Of a DNA stretch of 64,000 nucleotides, positions 15,801 to 30,800 are shown piece by piece (the first letter of the stretch is position 1; each line of letters opens with the position of its first letter). The notes beneath the pieces are model-generated. The model made no database searches and had not been told where the DNA came from. It saw only the letters and a list, made by a program, of their open reading frames with translations. This DNA comes from Euglena gracilis. Lineage: Eukaryota. The translations under genes were made by a program, and so were the position numbers. The DNA is taken from contig CP154954.1 in NCBI GenBank assembly GCA_039621445.1, positions 19,206,642 through 19,270,641 on the forward strand, read 5' to 3'.

Positions 15801-18800
15801 GGCAAAAAGCAAACACGATACCAGGGGGCAGCATTTTGGGGTAGGCGGAGGGGTTGGTATTGCCCACTTTTGGCTGCTTTTGGCATTCCCGCCCCCCAAT
15901 TAGGCTGCTATAAACCACATTTGGTTGCTTTTTATACACCGTGTTCCGGGTTGCTTTTTTGGCCAATTTTGGCTGCTTTTGATTTGTGGTAAATTTTTGG
16001 TCACGTTTGGCTTTCTTTGCCCACTTTTGTTTATTTTAGGCTGCTTCTACTGCTTTTTGGTCATTGTTGGTCAACGCTTGTGCTTTTGGACTTTTGGGCT
16101 TCTTTGCAGCTTTTGGTGACTTTCGTCTAATTTTTGCCCACTTGCTGTTTCTGCCAAATTTTTAGCCACTTCTGCCAGCTTGAGGCTGCTTCTGCTAACT
16201 TTTGGTAACTTCCTTCTCCTCCTCTTGACTTGCATCTTCCTTGAGGCAAAAGTGGACAAAAGTGGGGGGGAAATGGTCATTGGTGGACAAAAAAATGGCC
16301 AAAAAACAGCCACCTATGGGATTCTTTTATGTCACAGTCAGCCCTTGTCGCACCTGGTCGGCCCTTGCCGGCCGTGGACCCCCGTCTAGTCTACGAAGAC
16401 GGGGGGGGGGGTCGGAGAGATGGTTGGAGCTCAGAGGGTAGAGCTGTGCTTGCTGGGTCCGATCGGCCACGTGACACAGACGCATTCCGGGCCATTGAAG
16501 TCCACCTCCGTCACGGCCACACCGTTGCTGACCAACCCCTTGGGAGGAGGATTCCCAATTTTATGGGGAAAAAAAGCAGTCAATCAATCACTCCCGTTGG
16601 GGGGGGGCGAGGTGGAAACCCCCGAAGCAACGGTGTGGTCACGACGCCCACGTTGCCAGCTCCCCCATCATCGTCGCCCCACTGCCACGTTTTTCCCCTC
16701 ACGACGCGGTTGGGGGCAGGGACCTGTCCCCCAAGGCAGACAACTGGGCAGGGCACAGGAATTTGTTGAAACCCAGAGGGCGGAGGTGTTTGGGGTCCCA
16801 AAAATGTCGGTGTTTCGTACCGAAAATGGCGGTGTGTCTCTTCTTTCCAGAGGAGCCTAATTGTCCCAATCCGTCATCAACCTCAAAAATATCAAAAAAT
16901 GTTGGGCAAGAAGGCATGGCTTTGAACCTTTTGTACCCTCAACCAGGGTTTGATGTAAAGACAGCTGGGGGGTCCGGACCCCTTGCGGCCAGGAGGGGGG
17001 GGGTGGGGGGCACCCCCCCACCTAAACCTTGTACGCCCTCCTTATATCGAACCCTGCCCTCAACCCCCTGTTGGACCCCCACCCCAATTTGCTGATTGGC
17101 CTCCGGGAGAAGATGGGCCAATTTTGGCAAGGGCAAGGGCAGACGGTGCCAAAAGGGCTCACAAACCTTTAAAAATTCTGTTTCGAAAAAATTTGATTTT
17201 TTTGCCAGATAAGAAAAAGTCATGACGAATCCAACTATGCACAAAAAATACCAATGCCAATTTTGCACAGGTAAAGAATTAGGGGGTAGGGGCCCTCGTG
17301 CCAATTGTCCCTTCCAACTAATTGGCTAATGGGGGGTCTGAGGGAGTCTGGACATAGCCAAATGGGGGGGGGGGTACATGGGATGACTGTCAGTCGGCTA
17401 TGGAGTCCAAAGCCTCCTCAAATAACTCAGGATATGAGATATTTTATTTCTTGTAATTCATTTTTGCTCAGTTGGGACAAGGGGGTTTTCATTTCTTGGG
17501 AAAATGGCTTCAATCAAATTGACGCCAAGCAGGGAAGGGAACGTTCATTGAGGCCAATTTGGTGAGTAGTCCACAAAGAGCAACTTGCAAGTGGCAGATT
17601 TTTTTCTATTTCACTTTTTAGTCAAAAATCCAATTAAAAATGAACTTTCAAAAAAAGTCCACCAAATTTTTTTGAAAACCATTTCCCCAATAAAAGCAAA
17701 TTTCCGAGGAATCCCAAATGCGATTGCAGCAGGGGCACCTCTTGTGAGGCTAAATTGGTGGATACGAGCGAGAGTCTGGGGGAAATAACTTCCCAGTGGG
17801 GGGAGGGGGCAGGCAGAATGACGCCTTTCCTTCAAAAAAGCAGCCACGCGAAATTATTGTAATACCCACTTTTGTCGGTCAATTGGACAGGAACAATTCG
17901 ACAGGCAAGGTCCAAGTTCCTGGGCTCCGACGTGCCAGCGCGTGTACTTTCCATTCTCAGCACTGAAGTGGCAAGGAGGATGATAGCGCACCAACTGAAC
18001 CCGAAGCGGCAGCTTTGGACAACTGAACGAATTGGAAACCATTTAAAAGTGCACGTCCAAAGCCACAGAGAAAGGAACTACCGTGCAGAACTTCCCTGGC
18101 TCCCTTTGGGCACCAAAAAAAGACGGGTCTGCCTTGGCAACGCACATGCCTGCCACCCACCCCTCCCCCAGGAAAGGCTGATCCAAACCTACCAGGTTGC
18201 ATCGCTCGGGAGTGGGACAATCCATTAGGGCACGAGAGGGATTCAAATGCCTCCACATCGAAATGCAGACGACGGTTTCCAGAATAGGGTGAATCCATGC
18301 GGCTTCACACGAGGCTCACGTTGAAGCAGGAGCGGGGCACCCAATGGGACCCGCAGCTGTCGAACTCCACGAAATACGCGTCGTCCGCTGCGTTGTAGCG
18401 CTTCACGGTGCCCTGCTTGGATGCGAGGGGTACCAGCCGGACCGCATCTGCTGGCCGCGTGGCCATCGACTCCACATGCACATCTCCATGGTACCCCCCC
18501 CCCTATGTCGTACGCCCAGTAACCTCTGTCCTCCGACTGGGGAGGTGGTCGATAAAGGGTCCAAAAAAAAAGTTGGAAGGTACCTGGAACCCACAAAAAA
18601 GGTCAAAAGCTTTTACTTCTGGCATTTCTTGGGCAATGAAATCTTTGGAGCAATTTTGAGAAAACCGAAATGGGGCACTTTATTGAGAGTCTGCCATTTG
18701 AATCGAAATCATGGATGCACATGTGTTCATCACTTCTTGAATTGTTTCGGCTCTGCGCATTAGTATCCGGTGGCCCGCAATGGTGCAATAATCCCAGCCA

Positions 18801-21800
18801 TCAGTGGCTGCAGAGCATCTGGTCCGACACCGAAATGTAAAAAAGGCAAAGGTGCGATGGGTAGTGGCCGACACCCTCCCGTTTTGTCACAGGACCCCCA
18901 CAAGGGGGGGGGAAGGTGATGCGGGACTGGTTGGCCCAAAACACGATGCTCAAAACCAGGGCTCAAAAAAAAAATAAGAAAAGCCAGCAAGGGGTAAGTG
19001 GACCACTTTTGTCCACCCAAAGGTTGGCATACCTGAACCTGGATTTTTTGTCGAAATTCAGCTTGGGGTTGAGGGTGCTGGGTGGTTATGGACGGATGGA
19101 CCCTCACGTGGCAAGTGGGAGGGACCCTTCAAAAGAAAAAACAATCCGGCAGCGGAAAAACTCGACTTACCATCGACACAAGAAGACAAATGATGGCAAG
19201 GAGCCGGAACATAATGTCTAAAACTTTCCAACTCTGGAAGAAAAAATCCCTTTGGAAAGATAAAATGTCAGAATGAAAATTACAAAATTTGAAAAAGGAC
19301 GGAGATAGAAACGTGACCGAAAAAATCTGGGGATTTTGGTTGTTGAGGCTTTAAATCCAGCTTAAAATGGGGAGGGAGGGAAATAACGTTGGCTGTTATT
19401 ATGTCCTGTGACAGAATGATGGCAAACCAGCCAAAAGGCATGGAAGCAGGCTTTCGACATGGAACAACATGGAAAGACATGGAAGTGTTGCTATTTGCAG
19501 GTTTTCTTGTTAACGTTTTGGTATTACGTCATGTCGACACATTGTTTGGGTGGGAGCATATTGGAACTGGGGTCAAATACAAACGGCCCTGAGTGGCACT
19601 TTTCCCTCTGCTGAGGTCTCTTTGGCCATGGATGGCGTGCTTGTAGGTGGCCGGGGGACCCCGCATCCCGGGTTGGAGCCCGTGGGGCGGCGCAGTGAGG
19701 TGTCTGTGTGAGGTGCATTTCAATGAGCATTCAGAGACCACCTCCTGGGGATGAAGGAGGGGCGAGGGGATGCACCCGATGGGGGATCCCCGTCGTCATC
19801 CCAAGCGCTGCACTCCGGCGTTGCACCGGAAGATCCTCAGACCAATGAAATGAAAGACGGAAGAAAAAGCAAAGAGAAAAGAAGAGCGGGGTCGCCCCTT
19901 GAGGAGGTCCAGTGAGCTGAAACCCTAGGGGGGGGGGGGGGCCGGGGGGGCAAGTTGGAAACCAACGGAAAATCCAATGCCACTGGTTGGGAAGCCTCAG
20001 CCAAATTTCAGGCCAAAGACAACCATTTTTGCTGATTCTTAACCCTGTTTTCAATTACTTTTTTGCACAGATTCTTTTCATTTGGACAATCTGGGCTGAG
20101 CAACGGCGCGGACAAAAAATTTTGGTTGGCAAAAAATAATGGAAAATTACAAGGAATTCTGATTTTGAAAAACGACGTTTCATGCATAATGATGGTAATT
20201 ATTCTTCCTTGAAAACTTTGACTTGTAAAAACTTTCTGGCAGAAAAGCAACTCGAAATCCACCAAAAATGGTCAAAAAACCTGGTGATCTTTTTCAAAAT
20301 GTATAAATCCCAAAAAATGGATAGTATTTCACAGCCATGATTGGTTGTTTATGAAATTTGACCACCACTCAGAGTGCTCTTCCCAAAGGAAAACCACCCT
20401 GGACAAGAATCACCAGGAAAGTGGTTGGTTGCCTAAAACTTTGTTCTACCAACAAATTCTCGTCCGGGCTGCGGGCTGAGAAAAGGGTGCAAGCTGATTG
20501 GACTTAAAACGTGGCGCCCCCCCCCCCTGCCGAAGAAAGAACGCAACTCCAAAATTTTACGGAAGCAAATCAATTTGGCGGAGAAAATGAACGGCCGGAT
20601 GATCCTCCTGTGGAACACTCAGTGGGCCGGAGCTGGCAGGGTCTCTGCAACCACCAACGATCGCCTGCACTACCCTGTATTCTTCCCAAACGGTGGCAGC
20701 ATTCCGGGGAGAATGCTGCCACATCCCAGGTGAACCATGGGGGGGGGGGCAACTAGAGAGGTGCAAATGCAGTACAAAAATGATGGCCATTTTTATCACA
20801 GTCATGCACTTCTCAGGAATTCGGGGGGAAAGCTACACTACGATTTGAGGAGTCCTTTGGCAGGAAACTTTGCACCAAGGAAAGACAATGTTGAGGGTAA
20901 CCATTGAAGAAAATAAGGAATTCCACGGGTTACTCGATAAAATCCTCAGGGGTGAATTTTTCCATAACAAGAAAGAAAACATCACTTTTCATGACAAGAA
21001 AAAAACATCATTTTTCATGACAAGAAAAACACAATTTTGACGGTCTGGCTGAAACAGACCCACCTCCAGGCACGGCAGTGCGTCTCACCCGCTGGCCGGC
21101 GCCACACAGCGACACCCCGAACCGCAGCGTGCTGTCTTGCTCCACCGCTGCCGCGGCGAAATATTCACTTGGTTGCCCCCCAAGATCAAAACCCTCCAAC
21201 CCACTTTTAGGGGGAGGGGGGACCCGAAAAAGGGGTAAAAATATCGTCCAAGCGCATCTCCCCAAAAAAATTTGGCGCTTCACACTGAAATCCAACACCA
21301 GGGGGGGGGGGTCTGGCCCCCTGGTACACTGGACGCAATCACCCACCCACTGTCCCCCCAGGGGTGGTCCAAGTTCAAAAGAAGCCCGAGGTCGATCCAC
21401 CCGCCAGCCCACCCAACACCAACACAAAGCCATCCCAAAACCTTTGGAAAAAATATCTGTCTGGCAGAATGAACTATGGCACAGCCCTCCCGGGGGAAGG
21501 GCCGCGGTCCAAACCCGCCAGCTCTTGAACCCCCTGGGGGTCACGAAGGTGTCCAGTGCAAGGAACGGGGGGAGGGTCCAATAGGAGGTGGTTCGAAACC
21601 AGCTGCCAGGCTGGACCAGGCTGGGACCCAATAACAGGCAAAACGTCCAAATGCAGCTGGGTTGTACTTTTTGGCCCACATTTTTAGGTGAAGAACCCCA
21701 AAAAAGTGGCAAAACTGGCCATTTTCGGCCGATTTTGACCCCCATGTTCAAAACTGTCGGCACTTTGCGCCGAAATCTTCTCCACCCAGCCCGGCTTTGC

Positions 21801-24800
21801 CAGGCTGCGAAAGCTGAATTTCCATTCAACCCCGGGGGGGGGGGGGTTCGCAGCCCAGCCGGGAGCTGCTGGCTGGAAAAAAGGTGCTGGCTGGCTGGAC
21901 CCCCATCCCGGGTTGGGTGGGGCCGGGCTTAAGAAACTCCCTGGTTAAGTGAATGCATGGCCACCGCCCCGTGCGGCTGGCCATTGACGGCGAAGGTGAC
22001 CATGCCGTCCTCCACCGCGACCTCCAGCGTGTCCCCCAACGCCGGGCCACTGCCGCTGTCCCCGAATGGCTCGTTGGGGCCGGGGTCGCCCCCGGCCGGC
22101 CGGCCAGGCAAACCCCTGGCGCAGCACCGCGCCGATCGGGACGTATCCCACACTTTTTTCACAAACACTGCAAAAAAACCCTGCAAGAAACTGCAAAAAA
22201 GCCAAAACGTGAAAACTGCAAAAAACTGCAAAACCTTCACGGTGCATATTTCCCCCCCTCCCTGCCCACAGGGTGCAACCCCCGTCCCCCCAGGTGGGTG
22301 ACGTCAACAAGCTGACGGGAAACAAGGGTCCATAATGCCTAAACCCGAAAGAAAGAAAATGGCTCCGTGCAGCTGGGGCGAAGAAAGCTGGGGGCTGGAA
22401 ATTGAAAAGCTGGCTGGCAAGAACCCTACCCCCCCCCCCGGCAACACCAAAACTTGGGCCCAAGAGATGGTGCATACCGTCAGGGATGTAACATCGCCGT
22501 CTGTCAGTAATCTCGGGTGCTTTGGGGGGGGGGGAGGCTGGTTTTCAAAGCATTCCTTTGTCGGGCAGCGGCATTGGGGGGGACACAACCTTCGAAGACA
22601 TGGCAAAGACATCAGCCATTCGCAAATGAGACCCGATTGCACAAACTCCGTCCACCAGACACCATGGGTGAGGCCCCGGGAGGAGCTGAACAGCTGGCAC
22701 GTGTCGCCGGTGCACACCAGGCCAATGCTGTCGGGCAGGCCCTCCCCTCCGACGTAATGGTTGTGGGCATGGCCAGCACGCCCATGAGAGGGACAAACTG
22801 CGGCAAACAGGAGTACAGTTTTCTTTTTTGGCAGAAAAAAAAGTTGCGCAACAAGGACAGGTCTCGACTGCAACAAATCCAAACCATCGGCAGGGCTGTG
22901 GGAAAGCCTGGTGTGGTTTGGACGCCCAACCCACTCCACCTGGGCGGTGAAGGGGGTGGGTCAACCGCCCCCTCACCCACCGTTGCACCCTGCGAAAATG
23001 AATTTGCCGAAGGAAACTTTGATTTTGCATATGTCGACCCCAGGAATGTAGGAATGCCTTGTGGGGGGTTGGACCCCCCATACCCACCAGGACGGGGGCG
23101 GGGGCGGGGGTCGGCCAGTGTTCCAATACCGCCCTGGCCATGAGCCCCAGCACACGCAAACAAAATGACAATGGCGAGCACTCACCACCCACTCCCCCCC
23201 CCTTTGCTCACAGACCTGTTTCCTACAACCCCCGACCAGGGACGGCCAGGGCCCAAATTTCAAAGCCGCCTACACCGCCCACCAGGGGGAGGGTCTTTCA
23301 CACCCCCGACCTGCAACCCCCGACGGGGGGGGGGGTCGTTGTTTAGGGGTGGTCGGTGGGCGAAGGGGGGGGGTGCGGGGCAGCACCCAAGGTCACACAT
23401 GGCCGCCGCATTGGATGCCGGCGGCTGTCAGCCATGGGCATCCAATAGGGCTGCGGGGGTGTCGGCGGGGTAAACGCCCAGCGCCAGTGGGCCGCAGGGG
23501 TCTAGGCCCTCCAGCCGAAGCGCTCGCAGGAGTCGGCATCGTATTTGGAGCCCGTTCCCAAAGCGGAAGAACCCGACAGCGCTCTGGTTTGAGGCCAAAT
23601 GTGCCATGATTTCGTTGTAATGCCGGCACCCCCACATTTTCACATTTCACATTTTTGCCGTCACCCAAATTACCCAAATGGACACTGGAACAATACTTCC
23701 CCAGTCGCAGCCACCACCCTGCTGTCGCCTCATTAGCGGGGCCGAAACAAATCAGAATGTTCTCGTGTCCTGCGCACAGACCGACGCGAGGGTTTGAGCA
23801 GATGGGTTAGCCCCTTCGAACACAACTTATGCGACAAGGTTCTGCACGGAACCACTGCCGAGCCCTGGGCTTGAGGGAGTTGCGCCCGGTGGCGGAGAAC
23901 GTCCCCTTGATGGCCAGGGTGGAATGGCCGCCCTCAACAGCCGTGGCCTGCGTCGCCCCTTCCGCACGGACAGGATGCGGAGGTCAGCCTGGACCCCCAC
24001 CAGCCATGGGGTGAAATGTGGGCGGCAACTTACGCTATTGGTGCTGTTCCCCCAACCCCCTCCAGGAAAATATTATCCAGACGACCCCCCCCCCAGACAC
24101 TGTCCTCTGTCTGTGTACCTGCTAACATGGGTAAATTGAAAGTAAAGGCGACCATTGAAAGTAAAGGCGACCATTCATTTGGTGGGCCATTCATTCACCA
24201 CTCTGCGACCATTCATGGGCCATTCATTTGCGTGGTGACTCGAGGGGGAACTTTGCATACCGAAGCTGCAACCCACCAAAACCCCACTTTATTGAAGAGC
24301 CGTTCACCCACGACCCATCCAGCGACCCTACTCCCCCAAAAAAATCACTGCCGAAGTTCCGGCGTAGCATTCTGGGGTGGAATATTTTTGTGTTCAGAGG
24401 CACAAACCGATCCACAAAAAATACATCGGCCTAAGCGAAGCTACACTAGGCTTGAGAGTTTAGTGAATCCATGGCCATTGAACCCTGGGAAATCACCTTC
24501 TTTACTCTGATCTGAGGAAAATGTCCTCTTCTCCTTTCTGATCTGTCCTCATAAGAACTGTCTGACTTCGTTATTCGCTGAAGGAAAATGGGGGGTGGTA
24601 GCAAAGGAGGGGTGGGGCCCTTCTCATGTCGGACCATGTAAGGACGAGCCCATCCGATCCTGAAAACGGACCTTCGACGACGTGTCCTCAAAAGCCAACA
24701 GCAGGAGAGGGACGGGGATTCCCGAACACCAATGCATTCCGTTGCGGTGGGGGAGTCAGTCAGGGTCGCTCACTATATTTGACGGTGCCCGGAAAGGGCA

Positions 24801-27800
24801 AGAACTATGCATGCCAAGACCGACCCCCCCCCCCTATCGAGGGGGGGGGAAATTGAAGCTAGATAAAATTAGACCCGACAAAATTGGAAGCCTAAAAAAT
24901 TGGTGCCAAACCTGAAAACGGCTCGGAAAAAATTGGCAGGTTTTGTATGCAAGATGACTGGAAAAAGGGTGATCTTCAAAATTTTGAGGCAGGATTTTCA
25001 AAAAAGGCCTGGAAAAATTTGGCAGGATTTCTGTACGCCAATTTTTTCCCAATCAATTTTTTCGGCATCCAATTCCCCCCCCCCCCCGGTACCCCCGGAT
25101 GGGGGTCGGGGGGTCGACCCCCTGATGGGTTTGCGGGGATTCCCATACAGCCCTGCCCCTGGCCCAAGGAACAGTTGGGTCATGTGCAGCTGTGGTCATC
25201 CGGTGGCACGCCTCGCACGCAGCGTAGTGGCAGCACCGGCTTCGGGGCCCCCGTCTGTGGGGGAGCCGGCAACCCCCGCCAGACCAGGGGGACTGGAACC
25301 CGGAATTCCCCTCCTCCTCTCCCACTTCGTTCAACTGTGGCACAGACCCTCTTACCCCCCCCCCCTATGTCCAACGACCAGTAACCTCTGTCCTCCGACC
25401 GGGGGGGTGGTCGTTGGACATAGGGTAGTGACCAAAAAGGTGTCCTCTGACCGGGGGGGTGGTCGTTGGACATGGGGTCAAAAAAAAGTTGGTGGGCACC
25501 CGGGTCCCTACCCACCCAAAAATGCCCCAATTTTCCCTTCCGGCGCTTCGCGCCGAAAATTTTGGGCAATTTTGACAAATTTTTGTCCAAAAAGTGTCAA
25601 AAATGGCATTTTGGCCAAATTTTTGGCCAATTTTTGGGCAGAATTTTTCGTCCCGGCGCTTCGCGCCGGGACCAAAAATTTGGTCAAACCTCCGAAAAGG
25701 TGTCCTCCGACCGGGGGGGTGGTCATTGGACATAGGGGGGTCGTTGGACATAGGGGGGGGGGTACTTCCCGATTAGCCGCATAGCATCGCATAGCATACC
25801 ACCCCTCCAGTCAGGATGGGTGAGGGGTCCCCTCCAAAGCAGTGCCAAGTCCATCCCTCAGGAAGAAAAATGCTGGCAATAATGACTATTGATTTCTGGG
25901 GAATGAGAACTGAATTTAAGATTTTTTTTTAGAATATTTAGAACATTGGGCCCACATACAAGGGCCGGCTGAAAGAAGCCTCGGACGGCAGCCATACATC
26001 GGTGACGCCTGCAGCTCCGCTTTGCACACATTACAGGTGAAGCTGCTGTTTGAAGTTGAATGCTGGATGGCATGTCCCTGGGGGCATTGCCCATGCCCAT
26101 CCTCCCCAGGGCAGGTCTGCTGCAGTAACAACCTCCCCCCCCCCTGGGAAACTGTCCTGCCGGGGAACGGTCTTCTAATTCCCCGTACCCGCTAACCTGT
26201 CCACATAGAAATGTCTCCTAGCCTTGCACCTGCTGGTCTGTCTCCTTTCATTTTTTTTTTAATGTTTTAGTTGAAAAAACCAAATATTTTCCAAATTGAA
26301 AATATGCCAACGTTGTTTTCAGGATTGAATTCTGACACATTTTGGTAAATATCCACTATTTGGATTCTTGTGTCTGGTGGGGTCCGTCAAATGTCTTTTT
26401 TTTGCCCAGGAAACTGTCTCCTCTGACCTGACCTTTTGGGGACCTGTCTCTGTACTTGCTGACTTCCGCAGACCGTTTCCCAAGGGGCGGTAGGGGTATG
26501 TCTGGAAGGTATGAGAATAGCTGCAGGAAATGCATGCATGGAACACGGAAACTCCTGCCTGGATCGGCAGGTACAAGAAACTGAGAAGGTGTCAATGACC
26601 GCCCCTGGGTGCATCTTTAGAGTGACACACATGGGGTAAGCACACTGTTGGCTCAATTCACCAAGCATCAAACTTATCAATTTAGCAAATAGCCACACAA
26701 ATCAGACCAACCTCAGAAGTCAAAACAAAAGGCATGCCCTGGACATCTGCAACTAGCTCAAAGGAAGTACTTGGGAGCCATATCAGCTTTGACTGCACGG
26801 CAACGCGGTAGAGGGTGGCTGATCCCTTTAGAGTGCAAAGAATGGATGGCTGCATGAGCATCATACCGCACACGTCCACTGTGAGCGGATGGGTGGCTGG
26901 ATGGATTCCATTAAAAACAAATGGCATGCATTTGCTTGAAGGTGGACCATTGCAACGCCCGACAGCAGCTACAACCACACACATACACGCATGCTGCCAT
27001 GGGCATCAGCTAAACAGGCAAGGCCCCACAAAGCCCAATGAACATAAACGCGACAATCCGCACAGTCCGGACGTTGGGTGTGTGGACATTTGTGCTGCCA
27101 TAAAAGGGGACAACGATGGTCCGGACATTGGGCAAGGGGGTTCATTCACATGGGTGGGGGGCAGGAAAACAATTAAACAGCATTGGCCTGCATAAACCCC
27201 CCCACTTTTAACCCCCTCGGGGGTTATAAGATCCTGTTTAGTGGTTGGCCCCGAAGGGGGGTTATAAGTGGGGGGGTTAGAGGTCACGGTTTAGTGTCTG
27301 GCTGAGGAGGTATTGTGGACCCCCTAAGAGTTGGCTACACGTCCTCCTTTCATTCCCAGACCTGCTCCAATGGCCTCCATTGACCTGGGTGTGTCGTTTA
27401 CTGCTCCCGATATCGTGGAAGAGATGTCCAATGCGCCTTGGCGGTTCTCTTTGCCTTCTCATGCCTTCCGGGGGGGGGGGGTTATAAATCACGGTTTAGT
27501 GGTTGGGCCCGGGGGGGGGGGGGGATAAGGGGGGGGGGGGGTTTACACGCGGACAATGTGATGTGGCCATAAGATGCACATGATGCAGGCATAGCGTCGT
27601 GCATAAAGCCCTTCCAACCCAGTCCAGAGGGTTCAGGGCACCATCGGAGTTGTCAAAACCCCGAATCTCACCACACTTGCTGGCAACAGGCTCCTGTCCA
27701 TCATGCCAGTGGGCACAACACCGCACCGTTCAGAGGCAAAGACATGGACTTGCTACTACTCTACTACACTACTCTCTCCAAAAAATACACCCATGGGTTC

Positions 27801-30800
27801 CAACCTTTCAAAAATTCCTGTTATGATAATACTACCGTATATATTGTCTTAGAAGCTGCTATTAATAGAGATATTATCCTCGTATCATCCATAAATTACA
27901 TATATGATTATAAATATTTAAAATTTAAAAATTCATAATACTATGTTAAATTAAAATATTAGTTTGTTTGGAATAATAATTATAACTATAACTATAACTA
28001 TAATTATAATATATTATATAATTATAATTATAATTATAATTATAATTATAATTATAATTATAACTATAACTATAATTGTAATTATAATTATAAACTATAA
28101 TTATAATATTAATTGCAATTATAAATAATTATAACTAAATTATATTATATTATATAATATACAATATGTGAATATATTATATGCTATATTTTTTTAATTT
28201 AATTTATGTCATTATAATTATAACTATAACTATAACTATAACTATAACTATGACTATAACTATAACTATAACAATATAATCTAATTATAAGTATAATTGT
28301 CATTGCAATTATAACTAAAAGACATAAATTAAATTAAAATATATTATAATCCACATAAACGACAGAACGAAATCTGACTAAGAGGGCAAATAATGTATGC
28401 AGATTGAGAAGAGAGAGGAGAACATTCTTACAGGAGAGGATAGAGGAGAGGAGATAGAGATGACTAGAGAGGAGGAGAGGAGAATATTAGAGATCGAGGA
28501 TATTGAGGAGAGGATTAGATATTAATATATCTTCTCTATCTCTTCTTCTCTATTATCTTCTGAGTCTTCTCTTCTCTCTCTAGATTTTCCTCTTCTTTCT
28601 CTTCTTTCTTTCTTTCTCTTCTCTATATTTTATTCTTTCTTATATTTATCTATTCTTAGTATCTTTCTTTATATATTATTATATTATATTCTTCTCTCTT
28701 CTCTCTCTCTCTCTTCTATTCTCTTCTCTTCTATTCTTTATTATTTATATTATTTATTCTTCTTGTTATCTTATATATATTAGGTTATATTATATTATAC
28801 CTACCCCCCCCCCCAGGAAACTGTCACCTGAAAGGTTGGCCAGTACCGGGGACCCTAACAACTTCCCATACTTAAAGGTTGGCTGGTACCAGGGACACTG
28901 ACAGTTTCCCTGGCTGGACCCTGACAGTTTTTCGGGTAGGGCATTTCAAGGGAAAGTCAATGAAAAATGACCCTGACAGGTTGGCCAGTGCTGGGGACCC
29001 TGACAACTTCCTATACTGACAGGTTGGCCGGTTCCGGGGACCCTGACAGTTTCCCGGGTGGGACCCTGACAGGTTCTCGGGCATGACAGTTTCCCGGGGG
29101 GGGGGTATTATACTACATTATATATTATATTTTTTATATTAATTATATTGTATTATATATATATATTATATTATATATTATATCATATTATATTATATTA
29201 TATTATATTATATTATATATCTATTATAATTATATATATTATATATATTATAAGATTAGATTGATGTATTGTATTGTATTTTGTATTGTATCTCTTGTCT
29301 TATATTTCTATTCTATTATGTCTTATTTTATCTTTTCTTATCTTCTCTTTCTATCTTATTTCTCTTCTATTCTATTCTATATTCTCTTCTATTCTCTTCT
29401 CTTTCTCTTCTCTTTATTTCTTTCTCTTCTCTTCTTCTCTTCTCTTTCTTCTCTTCTATTCTCTTTCTTTCCTTCTTCTTCTCTCTCTTCTCTTCTCTTC
29501 TTTCTTCTCTTCTCTTCTCTTTCTCTTCTTTCTTTCTTTCTTCTATCTCTTTCTCTTCTTTCCTCTTCTTCTCTTCTTTCTTTATATTATATTTCTCTTT
29601 CTCTCTTTATATCTCTTCTATTCTATCTCTTCTATCTTTATATTATATTCTCTTCTCTTTCTTTATATTTTTCTCTTATATTCTGTTATTTCTTTTATCT
29701 CTTATATTTTATATTATTATCTTATATTTCTCTTATATTATATTTCTCTTCTTATATATATTATATTATCTTGTTCTGTTCTGTTATGTTAGATTATATT
29801 CTGTTGTTAGTTATGTTAGATTATTCTCTATTCTTATTCTCTTCTATTCTATTATATCTTTATTCTCTTATCTTCTATTATATTATATTATATTGTATTA
29901 TATTATATTATCTCTATGTATTTTATATATCTATTTATTGTGTTATATTTGTCTTGTATTATATTATATCTTCTTCTTATATCTATATTGTATGTATTCT
30001 TATTGTTGTATTGTATTCTATCCCCTATTATATTCTCTGTATCTTGTATTGTATGTCTTGTCTTGTGTTGTATTGTATTGTCTTGTCTTGTGTATTGTAT
30101 ATTGTCTTGTCTTGTATGTTGTTGTTTTTGTTGTTGTATTTATTATATTATATTATATATATTCTATTATTATTATATTATTCTATAGTATATTATATCT
30201 CTTATATTATATTATATTATATTATCTTCTCTTTCTCTTTCTCTTCTATTACATATAATATATCTCTCTATATGTATATGTAATTTATGTAATATATATG
30301 TTGTATATGTTACATCATGTGTTATTTAACATAATTGTATTCTAATACATTATTAAGATTGTAATATAACATAATACTTGTAATGTTATAATTACAATTA
30401 AATATTATAATTAAATATTATATTAAATACTATAAATACTATAAATATATAAATGTTTGTCTCTTTATAATTCTTGGGCTGTTTTTTCTTGCGGCCTATG
30501 TTAAAACAGGTGCAACACATTCTGTCACCAAAAGACAGTCGGTCACCAAAACAAAGACGCCTGGGGGGTCCTATTTTGGGGGGGCTTACTCCAAACAAGA
30601 AAAAAAACCATGGAGGGGTGTCCAGGCTCCTGTCTGCCTTCCTCGATGCACATCAGCTGCAGCTGCTCCGTGTTGCCACACCAGCCGGCGGTGCCGCTCA
30701 GCGCGGCATACATCTCCGCCGGGTCCTTCAGGGCGACCCGCTGCCCCGCCAGCAACGACCCCGCGCTCCGGTCGGCCGATGGTTTGCCGCCCTCCCCCTC

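Noticed and set aside
28802-29107. Regularly spaced GGGACCCTGACAG repeats as a CRISPR-like array
   Set aside because: Spacers are themselves repeated, the block is bounded by inverted termini, there are no cas genes, and the context is eukaryotic
29261-30283. Long hydrophobic ORFs (340 and 329 aa) resembling membrane or mitochondrial proteins
   Set aside because: Low-complexity CT/TA repeat sequence with no motif; likely degenerate or noisy microsatellite
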